Assembly (NCBI GenBank): GCA_050294405.1
Contig: JBNKOC010000024.1
Coordinates: 64,001 to 128,000 of the forward strand
Direction of reading: 5' to 3'
From: Fibrobacteria bacterium
Lineage (GTDB): Bacteria; Fibrobacterota; Fibrobacteria; UBA11236; JADFYW01
Length of the DNA stretch: 64,000 nucleotides
Within the stretch, counting starts at the first letter, position 1. Each line of letters starts with the position of its first letter. Under the pieces are notes generated by a model. The model was not told the origin of the DNA. It worked only from the letters and a program-made list of their open reading frames with translations, and did no database searches. Position numbers and translations under genes: made by a program. Shown here one piece after another: positions 46,901-56,294 of the stretch.

Positions 46901-48022
46901 TTATTGTGTTTTTTTATAATTCAACACGGCCCAGCCATTAAAAAACAAAGCAAAGCCCAGCATTACCAAATAGTGGACTTTAATTTGCACAAAACTGCTG
47001 CCTTTTAAAACTACCATTCGCATGACCTCAATAAAGTAAGTCACCGGGTTTAAGTGGGCAATAATTCTCGCCCACTGAGGCATGCTGTCAATGGATGTAA
47101 AAAGACCGCTCATGAGAATAAAAATCATCATTGCAAAAAAGGCAAGGGACATGGCTTGTTGCTGTGTTTCCGAATAGGTAGATATAAGCAGCCCAACCCC
47201 TAATACGGCCACCAAGTAAATAGCTAAATAACTATATAGAAGAACTAAACTCCCCTGTGGAATAATGCCATATATGACTCGCGCCACCACAAAAAGCCCA
47301 ATAGAATAAACAACCATGCCAATAACCCAAAAGGGAATTAATTTGCCTAAAATAAAATGAATTTTTTTTATGGGCGTTACGTTTATTTGTTCAATGGTGC
47401 CCATTTCTTTTTCTTTAACAATGTTAAGGGAACATAAATAAACACCCACCATAGTGACCAGCGTAACTAAAATTCCCGGCACCATAAAAAACTGATAATT
47501 CAAAAAAGGGTTAAAACGGTTGGTGGAGGTGATTTCCACCTGAGGGATTTGTTTTGAAACTAAGGAGGGCATTAATTCTTCCCTAATTTCGACATTAAAC
47601 CGGGCTAATATATTGTTTAAATACACTCCCCCTAAGTTAGCCTTAACCCCATTTATGGCATTAACAGCGATAAATACTTTTTCCATTTTTTCTCGGTATA
47701 GATTGGCTTCAAAACCCCTGGGAATTTCCAATATCAAGTCCGATTCGTCCCTTTCAATTCCCTCAAAAGCAACATTATAAGATTCTCCGTAATCCGATAA
47801 TCTAAAATATCCAGAGGAGGAAATTTTATTAACCAGCCTCTGGGAATAGGCGGAATGGTCGTGATCCACAATAGCTATATTAATATTTTTCACTTCGTAA
47901 TCCGCGGCCAAGGGCATTATGATTAACTGAACCACAGGCATAACAAATATCATAGGCAACAAGGCCTTGTTCCTGAAAATTTGCCGGAACTCTTTTTGCA
48001 GTAAAAAAATAAGGGTACTCAT
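46901..48022 (-). CDS. ABC-2 transporter permease (YbhR-like)
   Basis: KEFRQIFR, VPGIL, IVKEKEMGTIEQINVTP, multiple TMs. Confidence 0.93.
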   Translation of the reverse strand: MSTLIFLLQKEFRQIFRNKALLPMIFVMPVVQLIIMPLAADYEVKNINIAIVDHDHSAYSQRLVNKISSSGYFRLSDYGESYNVAFEGIERDESDLILEIPRGFEANLYREKMEKVFIAVNAINGVKANLGGVYLNNILARFNVEIREELMPSLVSKQIPQVEITSTNRFNPFLNYQFFMVPGILVTLVTMVGVYLCSLNIVKEKEMGTIEQINVTPIKKIHFILGKLIPFWVIGMVVYSIGLFVVARVIYGIIPQGSLVLLYSYLAIYLVAVLGVGLLISTYSETQQQAMSLAFFAMMIFILMSGLFTSIDSMPQWARIIAHLNPVTYFIEVMRMVVLKGSSFVQIKVHYLVMLGFALFFNGWAVLNYKKTQ

Positions 48023-49125
48023 GATAACCGTATTTTAAATTTTTTAAAACTCAGAAGTAACAAAAACAAAGTCATCCCCAGCAGAATTAATATTTCTTTC
48101 CAGATAGCGCTAATTCCCAAACCTTTTATCATTATGGACTTAACAATAATGTAATACCATTTTGAAGGCACAATGTTAGATACAATTTGCAGAAACTTCG
48201 GCATATTTTCCAGTGGAAACATAAAACCAGTTAAGAGCAATGTGGGTATTAACATTCCCATTAAAGAAACCAACATTGCTGTTTGTTGAGAGCTGGTAAT
48301 ATTTGAAATCAAAAGGCCAAGTGAAAGACAAGTAATTATAAGCAGTCCGCTGGTGCAAAAAAGCAGAAACAAACTCCCGTTAATGGGCATATCCAAAAGA
48401 GTCACACTTAAAATGAGTATCACGCTTAAATTCAGGATGGACAGAAAAAAATAAGGAACGGCCTTAGCAATAATTACCATAAATGGGTTAAAGGGCGATA
48501 CCAGCAACAACTCCATAGTTCCCGTTTCTTTTTCCCGCACAATGGATACGGAAGTCATCAAAACACAAACTAACATCAACACTAGAGCCATAACACCCGG
48601 AACAAAATTAGGAGCCCCTTTTAACTCGGGGTTATATAACATTCTAATTTCAGGGACAATGCTATAGGGAGGCATTCCATTGGGATTGGCTTGCATTTGC
48701 TGCTGTTGCAATATGTTTCGGACATAATTTACAAGCGTAGTTGCCGTATTGGGATCTGATGCATCGGCAATTAACTGTATTTGGGATCTTTTTCCGTGTA
48801 AATAATTAGTCTCGAAATTTCTTGGGAATACAATTCCCAATTTGGTTTTTCCATTTTTAAGAGCGGTTTCCAATTCACCTTCATTGGCCACAATTTTATC
48901 CAACTGAAAGGAAGGGCTTGCCTTGATTTTTTCAATTAATATTCTACTGGCTCCATCCATAGCGTAATCTAAAATGACCACTTTAGAATTTTTAATTTCA
49001 TTGGTGAGGGCAAAGCCAAATAAAGTAATTTGAGCAATGGGCAATCCAAACAACATCAAAAAAGATTTGGGGTCCCTAAAAACATGATAAAATTCTTTGC
49101 GGACAAAGGCCATAAATTGCTTCAT
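48019..49125 (-). CDS. ABC-2 transporter permease (YbhS-like)
   Basis: KEFYHVFRD, ADASDPN, FVPGVM, IVREKETGTMELLLVSP. Confidence 0.93.
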   Translation of the reverse strand: MKQFMAFVRKEFYHVFRDPKSFLMLFGLPIAQITLFGFALTNEIKNSKVVILDYAMDGASRILIEKIKASPSFQLDKIVANEGELETALKNGKTKLGIVFPRNFETNYLHGKRSQIQLIADASDPNTATTLVNYVRNILQQQQMQANPNGMPPYSIVPEIRMLYNPELKGAPNFVPGVMALVLMLVCVLMTSVSIVREKETGTMELLLVSPFNPFMVIIAKAVPYFFLSILNLSVILILSVTLLDMPINGSLFLLFCTSGLLIITCLSLGLLISNITSSQQTAMLVSLMGMLIPTLLLTGFMFPLENMPKFLQIVSNIVPSKWYYIIVKSIMIKGLGISAIWKEILILLGMTLFLLLLSFKKFKIRLS

Positions 49126-49126
49126 A

Positions 49127-49879
49127 TCAGTCCGCCTTCCGCCTCGCTCTTTGGGCCAATTTAAAGAAAACCTGATCCATCGAGCCAACACCGTGAGTTT
49201 TTTTCAAATTAGCAGGCGTATCCAATGCCACTAAATTGCCATCCACCATCATGGATATTCGATGGCAATACTCGGCCTCATCCATGTAATGGGTGGTAAC
49301 AAATACCGTAATTTTCCTGTCTGCAGCTTCGTATATCATATCCCAAAACTGCCTTCGCGTCACAGGGTCTACCCCACCTGTGGGCTCATCCAAAAATACA
49401 ATTTTGGGATTGTGCATAATGGCCACAGAAAAAGCCAGTTTCTGTTTCCAGCCTAAAGGCAGTGAGCCTACCAGGCGCCCTGCTTCGGATTGCAATCCCA
49501 AATTTGATAATAGTTCCTGGCTTTTCTTTTTAATTTGGGAAAAGCCCAGGCCATATATACCACCGAAAAAACGGATATTTTCATAAACTGTCAGGTCTTC
49601 GTATAAAGAAAATTTTTGACTCATATATCCGATATGTTTTTTGATTTTTTCTGTTTGTTTATATATGTCGAATCCGGCAATGTTCGCCTCTCCTGAAGAA
49701 GGGGTGGAAAGCCCACATAACATCCTCATAGCTGTGGTTTTTCCAGCTCCATTGGCTCCAAGGAATCCAAAAATTTCTCCGGCTTTTACCTCAAAGCTAA
49801 TGGCATTGGCAGCCACAAAATCGCCGAACCTTTTGGTGAGTTTATTTGCTTTAATAACTATGTTATCCATTTGGCTCAT
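49127..49879 (-). CDS. ABC transporter ATP-binding protein
   Basis: GANGAGKTT, LPLGWKQ, FLDEPTGG, TTHYMDEAE. Confidence 0.95.
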   Translation of the reverse strand: MSQMDNIVIKANKLTKRFGDFVAANAISFEVKAGEIFGFLGANGAGKTTAMRMLCGLSTPSSGEANIAGFDIYKQTEKIKKHIGYMSQKFSLYEDLTVYENIRFFGGIYGLGFSQIKKKSQELLSNLGLQSEAGRLVGSLPLGWKQKLAFSVAIMHNPKIVFLDEPTGGVDPVTRRQFWDMIYEAADRKITVFVTTHYMDEAEYCHRISMMVDGNLVALDTPANLKKTHGVGSMDQVFFKLAQRARRKAD

Positions 49880-50789
49880 CCATCAATTGAATAAAGCAAT
49901 CCTCAATACTTGGCTCAATAAGCTTTATTTCCAGGTTTTGGTGTCCCTTGGATGCTAAATATTCAATTGTTTTATTTTCCAGAGTGCTATTATCCTCAGC
50001 AAATACCAAATGGTGATAATCCCCAAAGGGCTGACAGCTTTTAATAAAATCCAAGGTCCGTAAGTCTTTTAACACGGGGCCCATATTATCAGCCTTTAAG
50101 GCCCATAAGGGACTTGCAAAATTTTCAATGATTCCCGTTGGGCTATCCACCGATAGTATTTTCCCATTTTGGATAAGGGCAATACGTTCACACAAGGTGG
50201 CCTCGTCCATATATGGGGTCGAAACAAAAATGGTAATTCCCTGTCTCTTTAAATCTCCTAGCATTTTCCAAAATTCTTTACGGGATACTGCATCTACTCC
50301 TGTGGTGGGTTCGTCCAGGAATAAGACGCTTGGCCGGTGAATAAGGGCGCAACAAAGGGCTAACTTTTGTTTCATACCCCCGGATAATTTTCCCGCCCTC
50401 CGGTTTTTAAAAGGCTCAATTTGAATGTATATATCATTGATTAAGTCCCTATTTTCCGTAATAGTAGTTCCAAAAACAGTGGCAAAAAAATTTAAGTTTT
50501 CCTCTACGGATAAATCGGGATATAAAGAAAATTTTCCGGGCATATAACCCACAGTCTTGCGAATTTTTTTATAGTCCTTGACAATATCATAACCTGTGAC
50601 ACTTGCCTTTCCCGAATCCGGCAACAAGAGGGTTGTTAACATTCGAAATAAACTTGTTTTTCCGGCGCCATCAGGTCCAATCAGACCGAATAATTCACCT
50701 TTTTCCACAAGAAGATTTATCCCATCCACCGCAGGGCTTTCGCTGCCCGGATAGCTTTTTCTAATGTTTTCTATTGCAATATCTGCCAT
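49863..50789 (-). CDS. ABC transporter ATP-binding protein
   Basis: GPDGAGKT, LSGGMKQ, FLDEPTTG, STPYMDEA. Confidence 0.95.
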   Translation of the reverse strand: MADIAIENIRKSYPGSESPAVDGINLLVEKGELFGLIGPDGAGKTSLFRMLTTLLLPDSGKASVTGYDIVKDYKKIRKTVGYMPGKFSLYPDLSVEENLNFFATVFGTTITENRDLINDIYIQIEPFKNRRAGKLSGGMKQKLALCCALIHRPSVLFLDEPTTGVDAVSRKEFWKMLGDLKRQGITIFVSTPYMDEATLCERIALIQNGKILSVDSPTGIIENFASPLWALKADNMGPVLKDLRTLDFIKSCQPFGDYHHLVFAEDNSTLENKTIEYLASKGHQNLEIKLIEPSIEDCFIQLMDEPNG

Positions 50790-51694
50790 TAGAATTTCAC
50801 TTCACCATACATGCCCAGCTTAAACTGCCCCTGGTTTGGAACTTTTATTTTGGTGGCGTAGACCAGATTGGCCCGTTCATTTTTAGTTTGGATAGTTTTT
50901 GGAGTAAACTCCGCCTGTTCACTTATCCACATAAGTTTCCCCTTGTTTTCTGAAAATCCCCCTGATCCATCATCGGCATATACGTTAACCTCTTGTCCTA
51001 ATTTAATTTTAGGCAATTGATCATTGCTAACATAGGCTCTTAGTATCAGCGCCGACACATTGGCAATTTTAAACAATGGCATTCCTGGAGCTGCCATTTC
51101 ATGCTGGCGCACAAAGTTGGTTAAAATAGTTCCATCTATGGGTGCTTTAATGATGCTTCGTTCAATTTGATCTTGAATTTGCGCAATTTGAAATTCCAAT
51201 GGGGCCGATTCTTTTTCAATTCCTTCCGAACTGATATCTAAGGAAGATTTCATTGCTGTAATTTGTTTTTGTAAAACAGAAATAGAACTATTGATATCGT
51301 CCAATTGCTTTTGCCCGGCCACTTTAGCTTCAACCAGGTTTTCAATGCGTTTTTTATCTTTTTTTGCTGTGCTCAGTTGTTCCCTAAGGGAAGCTAATTG
51401 CACTTTTTTATCAGGCTTTCGGCTGAGCACGGCCTCAATCTGAGCCTCTAACTGCTTCTTTTTTAAGTGAAGTGGCAGCGTATCAATTATGCCAATCACA
51501 TTGCCTTTTTTTACTAATGCTCCTTCTTCTAAATTCCATGTTTTTAGTACCCCAGCTGTTTGGGCCGATATAATAGTTTCCTCAGCTTCAAATGCGCCGG
51601 AAGCATCAAATTGCAGGCTGGAATCTTCACAAGCAAATAAAAATAAGCCTATTAATGGAATTAGTTTTAAACAATGTTTGGGAAAGTTATTCAC
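50789..51694 (-). CDS. HlyD/YbhG-family periplasmic adaptor lipoprotein
   Basis: Lipobox LFAC, ASGAFEAEE, AEFTPKTIQT, GMYGEV. GTG start at 51694. Confidence 0.92.
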   Translation of the reverse strand: MNNFPKHCLKLIPLIGLFLFACEDSSLQFDASGAFEAEETIISAQTAGVLKTWNLEEGALVKKGNVIGIIDTLPLHLKKKQLEAQIEAVLSRKPDKKVQLASLREQLSTAKKDKKRIENLVEAKVAGQKQLDDINSSISVLQKQITAMKSSLDISSEGIEKESAPLEFQIAQIQDQIERSIIKAPIDGTILTNFVRQHEMAAPGMPLFKIANVSALILRAYVSNDQLPKIKLGQEVNVYADDGSGGFSENKGKLMWISEQAEFTPKTIQTKNERANLVYATKIKVPNQGQFKLGMYGEVKF

Positions 51695-52949
51695 TGGCCC
51701 CTCCTGTGGTAATCTGATATTGAAATTGAGCTGCAAGCAATTGAATATCGTGTATTATTTTTGCTTGCCTGGCCTTATCTTCATCATTAACAAAACGGAT
51801 GTAATCATTGGCCGATAGCACTCCGTTTTTCAGTTGTAATTGAGCTCTGTTTTTAATGGTTTTTCGAAGTTCAATTATTTCCAGGTCTTTACTTAGCAGG
51901 TTTTGAAATTTTTGAATTTCACTATTTTGTTGCCTGGTCTGAAACTCAATATTGTAATCAAAGATTTGGCGCTGTACTTCTAAAGATTTTTGGCTTAACT
52001 CCAAAAGTCTTTTGTTACTGCCCGAAGTGTAAAATGGCTGCAGATTCCAGCTTAATTTTGCTCCGACCACATAATAAATGTCAAAATCATCATTTAACAT
52101 ATTTAGGCCAGGACGCCCATACCCCCCTTGCAAGAAGATTCCGGCTTGCGGAATTAGTTTTGCATTTATAAGGTCTTTCTTGGATTCAATCAGCTCATGC
52201 TTAACGTCAAACATTTGCTGTTCAGGTCTTTGGGCTGTCTTACTTGAATTGGGAGCTTCAGGAGCTTTCAATTCAACCATTGAATCTAAACTTTTTCCAA
52301 TAAGTTGGGAAAGCATATCTACATAACCTTCCCTAAGGGTTTTCCACTCAATAATTTTTTGCTCCACATTTAATAATTCAGCCTGAATCATATCTAAATC
52401 ATTTTCAGAAGCCATTCCGTTATTAAGAGATACTTCGATGTTTTGCACACCAACTTTTAAATCTTTGGTGAGGTAATCGCTTTGGGCAATTTGAGCTGTT
52501 ATTGTCAGTATCCCAAAGTATATTCCATTCACTCTTTCTTTAAGTTTATAAAACTCTATTTCGGACTCTTTTTTGTTTAGCTCAGCCTCTAGTCGGGTTT
52601 CCTTTTTTGACTTGTTAATGTGATAAAAGTTGGTTAAAGGCTGATACAATTCCCCATAAATTTTGTATTGATCTTTACTTATAGGTTCTACAGAAAACAT
52701 AGGGGAAGAAATAGGCAAGGAAGTGACATCTGATAGATAATTCGCCTGTGCATTTAAGTTAATTTGAGGTAAATATCCCTTTGTAGCATTTCCGAGAGTA
52801 TAATCCCTCGATTTTTCAATAATGTCCATTTGCTTGATTAGCGGAAAGTTTTCCCGCGCCAGAGCTTGGCATTCACTTAAGCTGATACTCGTACTTCCAA
52901 AGGAAAGCAATGGGAATAATATCAACAAAGACCAAAAAATATTTGTCAT
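51687..52949 (-). CDS. TolC-family outer-membrane efflux protein
   Basis: L.ECQ.LA..NFP, YLPQINL, GGYGRPGLNM. ATGA overlap with tetR. Confidence 0.9.
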   Translation of the reverse strand: MTNIFWSLLILFPLLSFGSTSISLSECQALARENFPLIKQMDIIEKSRDYTLGNATKGYLPQINLNAQANYLSDVTSLPISSPMFSVEPISKDQYKIYGELYQPLTNFYHINKSKKETRLEAELNKKESEIEFYKLKERVNGIYFGILTITAQIAQSDYLTKDLKVGVQNIEVSLNNGMASENDLDMIQAELLNVEQKIIEWKTLREGYVDMLSQLIGKSLDSMVELKAPEAPNSSKTAQRPEQQMFDVKHELIESKKDLINAKLIPQAGIFLQGGYGRPGLNMLNDDFDIYYVVGAKLSWNLQPFYTSGSNKRLLELSQKSLEVQRQIFDYNIEFQTRQQNSEIQKFQNLLSKDLEIIELRKTIKNRAQLQLKNGVLSANDYIRFVNDEDKARQAKIIHDIQLLAAQFQYQITTGGASE

Positions 52950-53617
52950 GATTTCTTCCTTCTTTTGATTTGGGTCGAAGGTTTTAAAGCTGCAAACATC
53001 CACTGAGGTATTATTTTTTTACGCTCTTCCATAAGTTCGGAATAGGCCTTATCAGATAGGTTTCCAATTGCTTGAAACAATGTGGAACCAGCAAAAGGAA
53101 AAATGGTCATTCCGATGAGGTTCATCATCAGTTGAAGCGGATGTATGGAGATTATTTCTCCTTTTTTTACGGACTCTTGAATTTGCTTTAAAAATAAAGA
53201 ATTGGTATAAACTTTTTTAAACCCAATATTATTGGCAAAATTTTGTGGATTGCTCCTGAGCTCGGACAAAATAAATAAGGGTATATCACTATTTTTTTGC
53301 AAAAAATTAATGTAATTCACCACCAGGTTTTCAATTTTTTCAAAAAGCGAAGTTTCTGGCTGATTTAAAACCCCTTCCAGAGTGCCTAACATTCCCTTCA
53401 AAGATTCCATCATAATTATATCGAACAACTTTTTTTTGCTCCGGAAGTAATAGTTTAAAAGAGCCAAATTAATGCCGGCAGCAGAGGCTATGTCCCTGGT
53501 TCGTGTGGCTGAAAAGCCTTTTTTTTGAAAAACCTCCCTGGCAGCATTGATTATTTGTTGTTCGGTACTAAGGACTTTTGAAGTTTCTGCGCTATCGCTG
53601 GTGCGGGATTTTGCCAT
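52946..53617 (-). CDS. TetR/AcrR family transcriptional regulator
   Basis: TEQQIINAAREVFQKKGFSATRTRDIA..AGINLALLNYYFRSK. Confidence 0.94.
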   Translation of the reverse strand: MAKSRTSDSAETSKVLSTEQQIINAAREVFQKKGFSATRTRDIASAAGINLALLNYYFRSKKKLFDIIMMESLKGMLGTLEGVLNQPETSLFEKIENLVVNYINFLQKNSDIPLFILSELRSNPQNFANNIGFKKVYTNSLFLKQIQESVKKGEIISIHPLQLMMNLIGMTIFPFAGSTLFQAIGNLSDKAYSELMEERKKIIPQWMFAALKPSTQIKRRKKS

Positions 53618-53654
53618 AATAGAGTTTATTTCCAGGTTTTTGCTATTTTTTTGA

Positions 53655-53713
53655 TTTAATCAATTAATTTAATCATTTGATTAAAATATAACACAAAAAA
53701 AAACCATTGTCAA
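53655..53713 (-). promoter_or_regulatory. sigma70 promoter with overlapping TetR operator
   Basis: Minus strand TTGACA (53713-53708), 17 nt spacer, TG-n-TATATT (-10 at 53690-53685). Palindrome TTTAATCA-TT-TGATTAAA at 53668-53685, plus an imperfect copy from 53655. Confidence 0.8.
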
Positions 53714-53765
53714 ATGGGCTTTTTAATATTCAACTATTTTATTCAAAAGGCAAAAAAAGCGTAAA

Positions 53766-54705
53766 TTAAATAACAAATACTTTAACCAATTCGTTTTTTC
53801 CGTAACTAATTACAAGTAAATGATAAACCCCGGAGCTAAAATTTTTCATGGAAATGCGGCCACTTCTTAGCTTTTGAGCACTAAGTAAACCGCCACCCAA
53901 AGAATAAATATGCGCCTCACCATTTAACCCCGCCTGATTAAGCACAGCAAAGTCATTTATAAATCTGGCACTCAGATTTATTGAACGATTGCTAATTCTG
54001 AGACTTTCAATTTCTGTGGAAGAATCCTCCAAGCTATATTGCTTAAAAAAGTTCCAGGCTTCAACGCTTGTGTTAATGGCCGATTGGGTATTCATGGGCC
54101 ATTCGTAGCCACCACCCTCCATGGCATCCTGAATTTGCGTTACACCATCCCTACAGTCTGTGTACATGGTCCTTGTAACTCTGGAGTTAGGCTTGTCAGA
54201 TGGGTAGGGATCTCCTGGGCACTCCCCGTTCAAAGCCGCAATTAGTATTATTAATTTTTCCTGAAACTGCGGCAACCGCGGCAAATGTATCTGAATATCG
54301 ACAGCCGATATTAAAAGTCATAAAGCCGCCCATACTAAACCCTGCAGCATATACTCTGTTTCTGTCCACATTGTGGCTTTCCACCAATACATCAATCACT
54401 TCCATTAAAAAATTGTAATCCGTTTCCCCGGCTAAATCCCATGCCCTATCTATGGCGTCCGGATACACCACAATGAACTTTTCATCATCGGCGACATCAT
54501 TAAAGCGGGTATAACCTACTTTCTGTTCCGCAGTCATGTTATAACCATGAATCATAAAAACAAGCGGAGGGTTTTCACCCACAGCGTCAGGAACATGAAG
54601 AATATAATGCCGTTCTACACCTTCAATATTAATACTTTGGTCTTGAGAAACAGCCAAACCGGCTGCTATCAGACACAATGCAATTGCCGTTTCTATTAGT
54701 TTCAT
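53766..54705 (-). pseudogene. Disrupted secreted LpqC/PHB-depolymerase-like esterase with T9SS-like CTD
   Basis: The N-half (PPLVFMIHG, VVYPD, GFSMGG) ends at 54196. The C-half (PYP..TR..Y.DC..GGGYEWP..AWNFF + CTD) is in another frame. The HGTxD segment is missing and the catalytic His appears as Tyr. Confidence 0.75.
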
Positions 54706-54814
54706 GATATCCTTTCCACTCCGTCAGTTAGTAATTCCGGACAACCCTTTAGCTTTCTAAACTAAGGTCTGGCCGCAAAAACCGCCAGATAAAAAACCAA
54801 AACTTATCTATACC

Positions 54815-55939
54815 CTAATTTTTTGAAGACTCCAAAAAGTCCATATCTATTAATCCTGCGCGCTGTACAGGGAATCTTTGTACCTGTTTTCCATTAAGAT
54901 TATAAATTGCAGCATCCAGCTTTTTATCTTCCTGCAGGAAATTCGAATTTAGGCTTTTTTTTTTAGTTTTGCTTTCTAATATTGAGGTTACCATGCCATC
55001 AAAATGCAGAGCATCTAAATAAACACCATAGGGACTATTGCTCTTCCAATTATTGCAGCGCTCAATGGCGGTTCCCTCCCCCCACTCATTAAAGGTTGTG
55101 ATAAGCTGCCAGGGCTCGCCGGAAGTCACCATTTCCGCCACATTCTGAGTCCAGCGCAGTGGGTCTCTTTCCAGTAGAGGCTCTGCCTGGTCCGCCTTCC
55201 AAAACCCAGGTGCAATAACATAAGAATAGCCTGAATGCTGTTGAGCCGGGCTATCCGGGCCATATTGATGCCAGGTATCTGGTTGGAAAGTGCAATTCTC
55301 ATAACCTTCAATAATTTTCAAGCTCACATACCATTCCCCATTGGCTGCCTCTGTCCATCTATTAGCCACTTCGCAACTGTTATCATCGGCGTTGTAAACA
55401 AAAATTACTGGCTTATTATTAACATGGGCATAAACCTGATGAATAACATATTTCTCACGAATATATTTCAAATCCGTTTGTATTTCTTCCAAACTCGGAT
55501 TACCAAACCCTTCTTTTTCATAATACATGGCCCATTTTAAACCTGTGGCCGCTTCCTCAGTTTGATTTAAAATTATAGTTAATCGATTCGACTCCGAATG
55601 CTCATTAATGCCCCACCAGGAAGCAATTCCCAAGTTTATTTTGGCATACTCCATATCCTGAATATGTTGTTGAACAACCCTTAAATCTTCGCTGTAATAA
55701 TTGCCTAGATCCGGTTCATAAAAAACAGGAGAGTTGTTTACTCTCCATGTTTCCGGATACCAGGGATAATAAAAGGCTCCACGAACCGGAAAGCTAAGGG
55801 AGTTTCCGGAAGATTGGGCCAAAACCACCCTATTTCCCAATCCCAAAATAGGGCAAGAACCTATCAAAAGAAGTTTCCAACTCAATCTAATAAAGTATTT
55901 TGTGAGCCAAATTTTTGCAGCGGCAGTATGTGATTTCAT
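54815..55939 (-). CDS. GH99/GH71-like glycoside hydrolase with short C-terminal tail
   Basis: AFYYPWY, SWWG, YYE, KPVIFVY, TTFNEWGEGT. Confidence 0.75.
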   Translation of the reverse strand: MKSHTAAAKIWLTKYFIRLSWKLLLIGSCPILGLGNRVVLAQSSGNSLSFPVRGAFYYPWYPETWRVNNSPVFYEPDLGNYYSEDLRVVQQHIQDMEYAKINLGIASWWGINEHSESNRLTIILNQTEEAATGLKWAMYYEKEGFGNPSLEEIQTDLKYIREKYVIHQVYAHVNNKPVIFVYNADDNSCEVANRWTEAANGEWYVSLKIIEGYENCTFQPDTWHQYGPDSPAQQHSGYSYVIAPGFWKADQAEPLLERDPLRWTQNVAEMVTSGEPWQLITTFNEWGEGTAIERCNNWKSNSPYGVYLDALHFDGMVTSILESKTKKKSLNSNFLQEDKKLDAAIYNLNGKQVQRFPVQRAGLIDMDFLESSKN

Positions 55940-56294
55940 TTGAATTGATATTTGGTTTCTAACTATAAAATAAGAAATTAAAGTAATTTTTTCTTTGTAT
56001 AAATTACCATTAAAATATTACGCATTCACAGACAATATAAGCCGAGAATATACAATTCCCAACCGGTTGCCTTAAATATCAACCTCTAAAAAGCCAAATG
56101 CTATTAAGCCATCCAATGATATTATTTTTCCAAAACAAGTAAGCCGTTTGAAATCTTTTTCTTCAGTTATTAAAATTATTTTCAAAGCTCCTAAGTAGCT
56201 TTAAATCCGGGACAACATATCAGGGGATAGCCCATTTTAATAGTGAGGAATGTTAATCCGGTCGCCCTTAAATAATATCAGTAAGGGAGAACTA

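Noticed and set aside
46901..53713. TetR-TolC-HlyD-ABC operon as a novel system
   Set aside because: Common YbhGFSR-like efflux operon; the split ATPase form is widespread.
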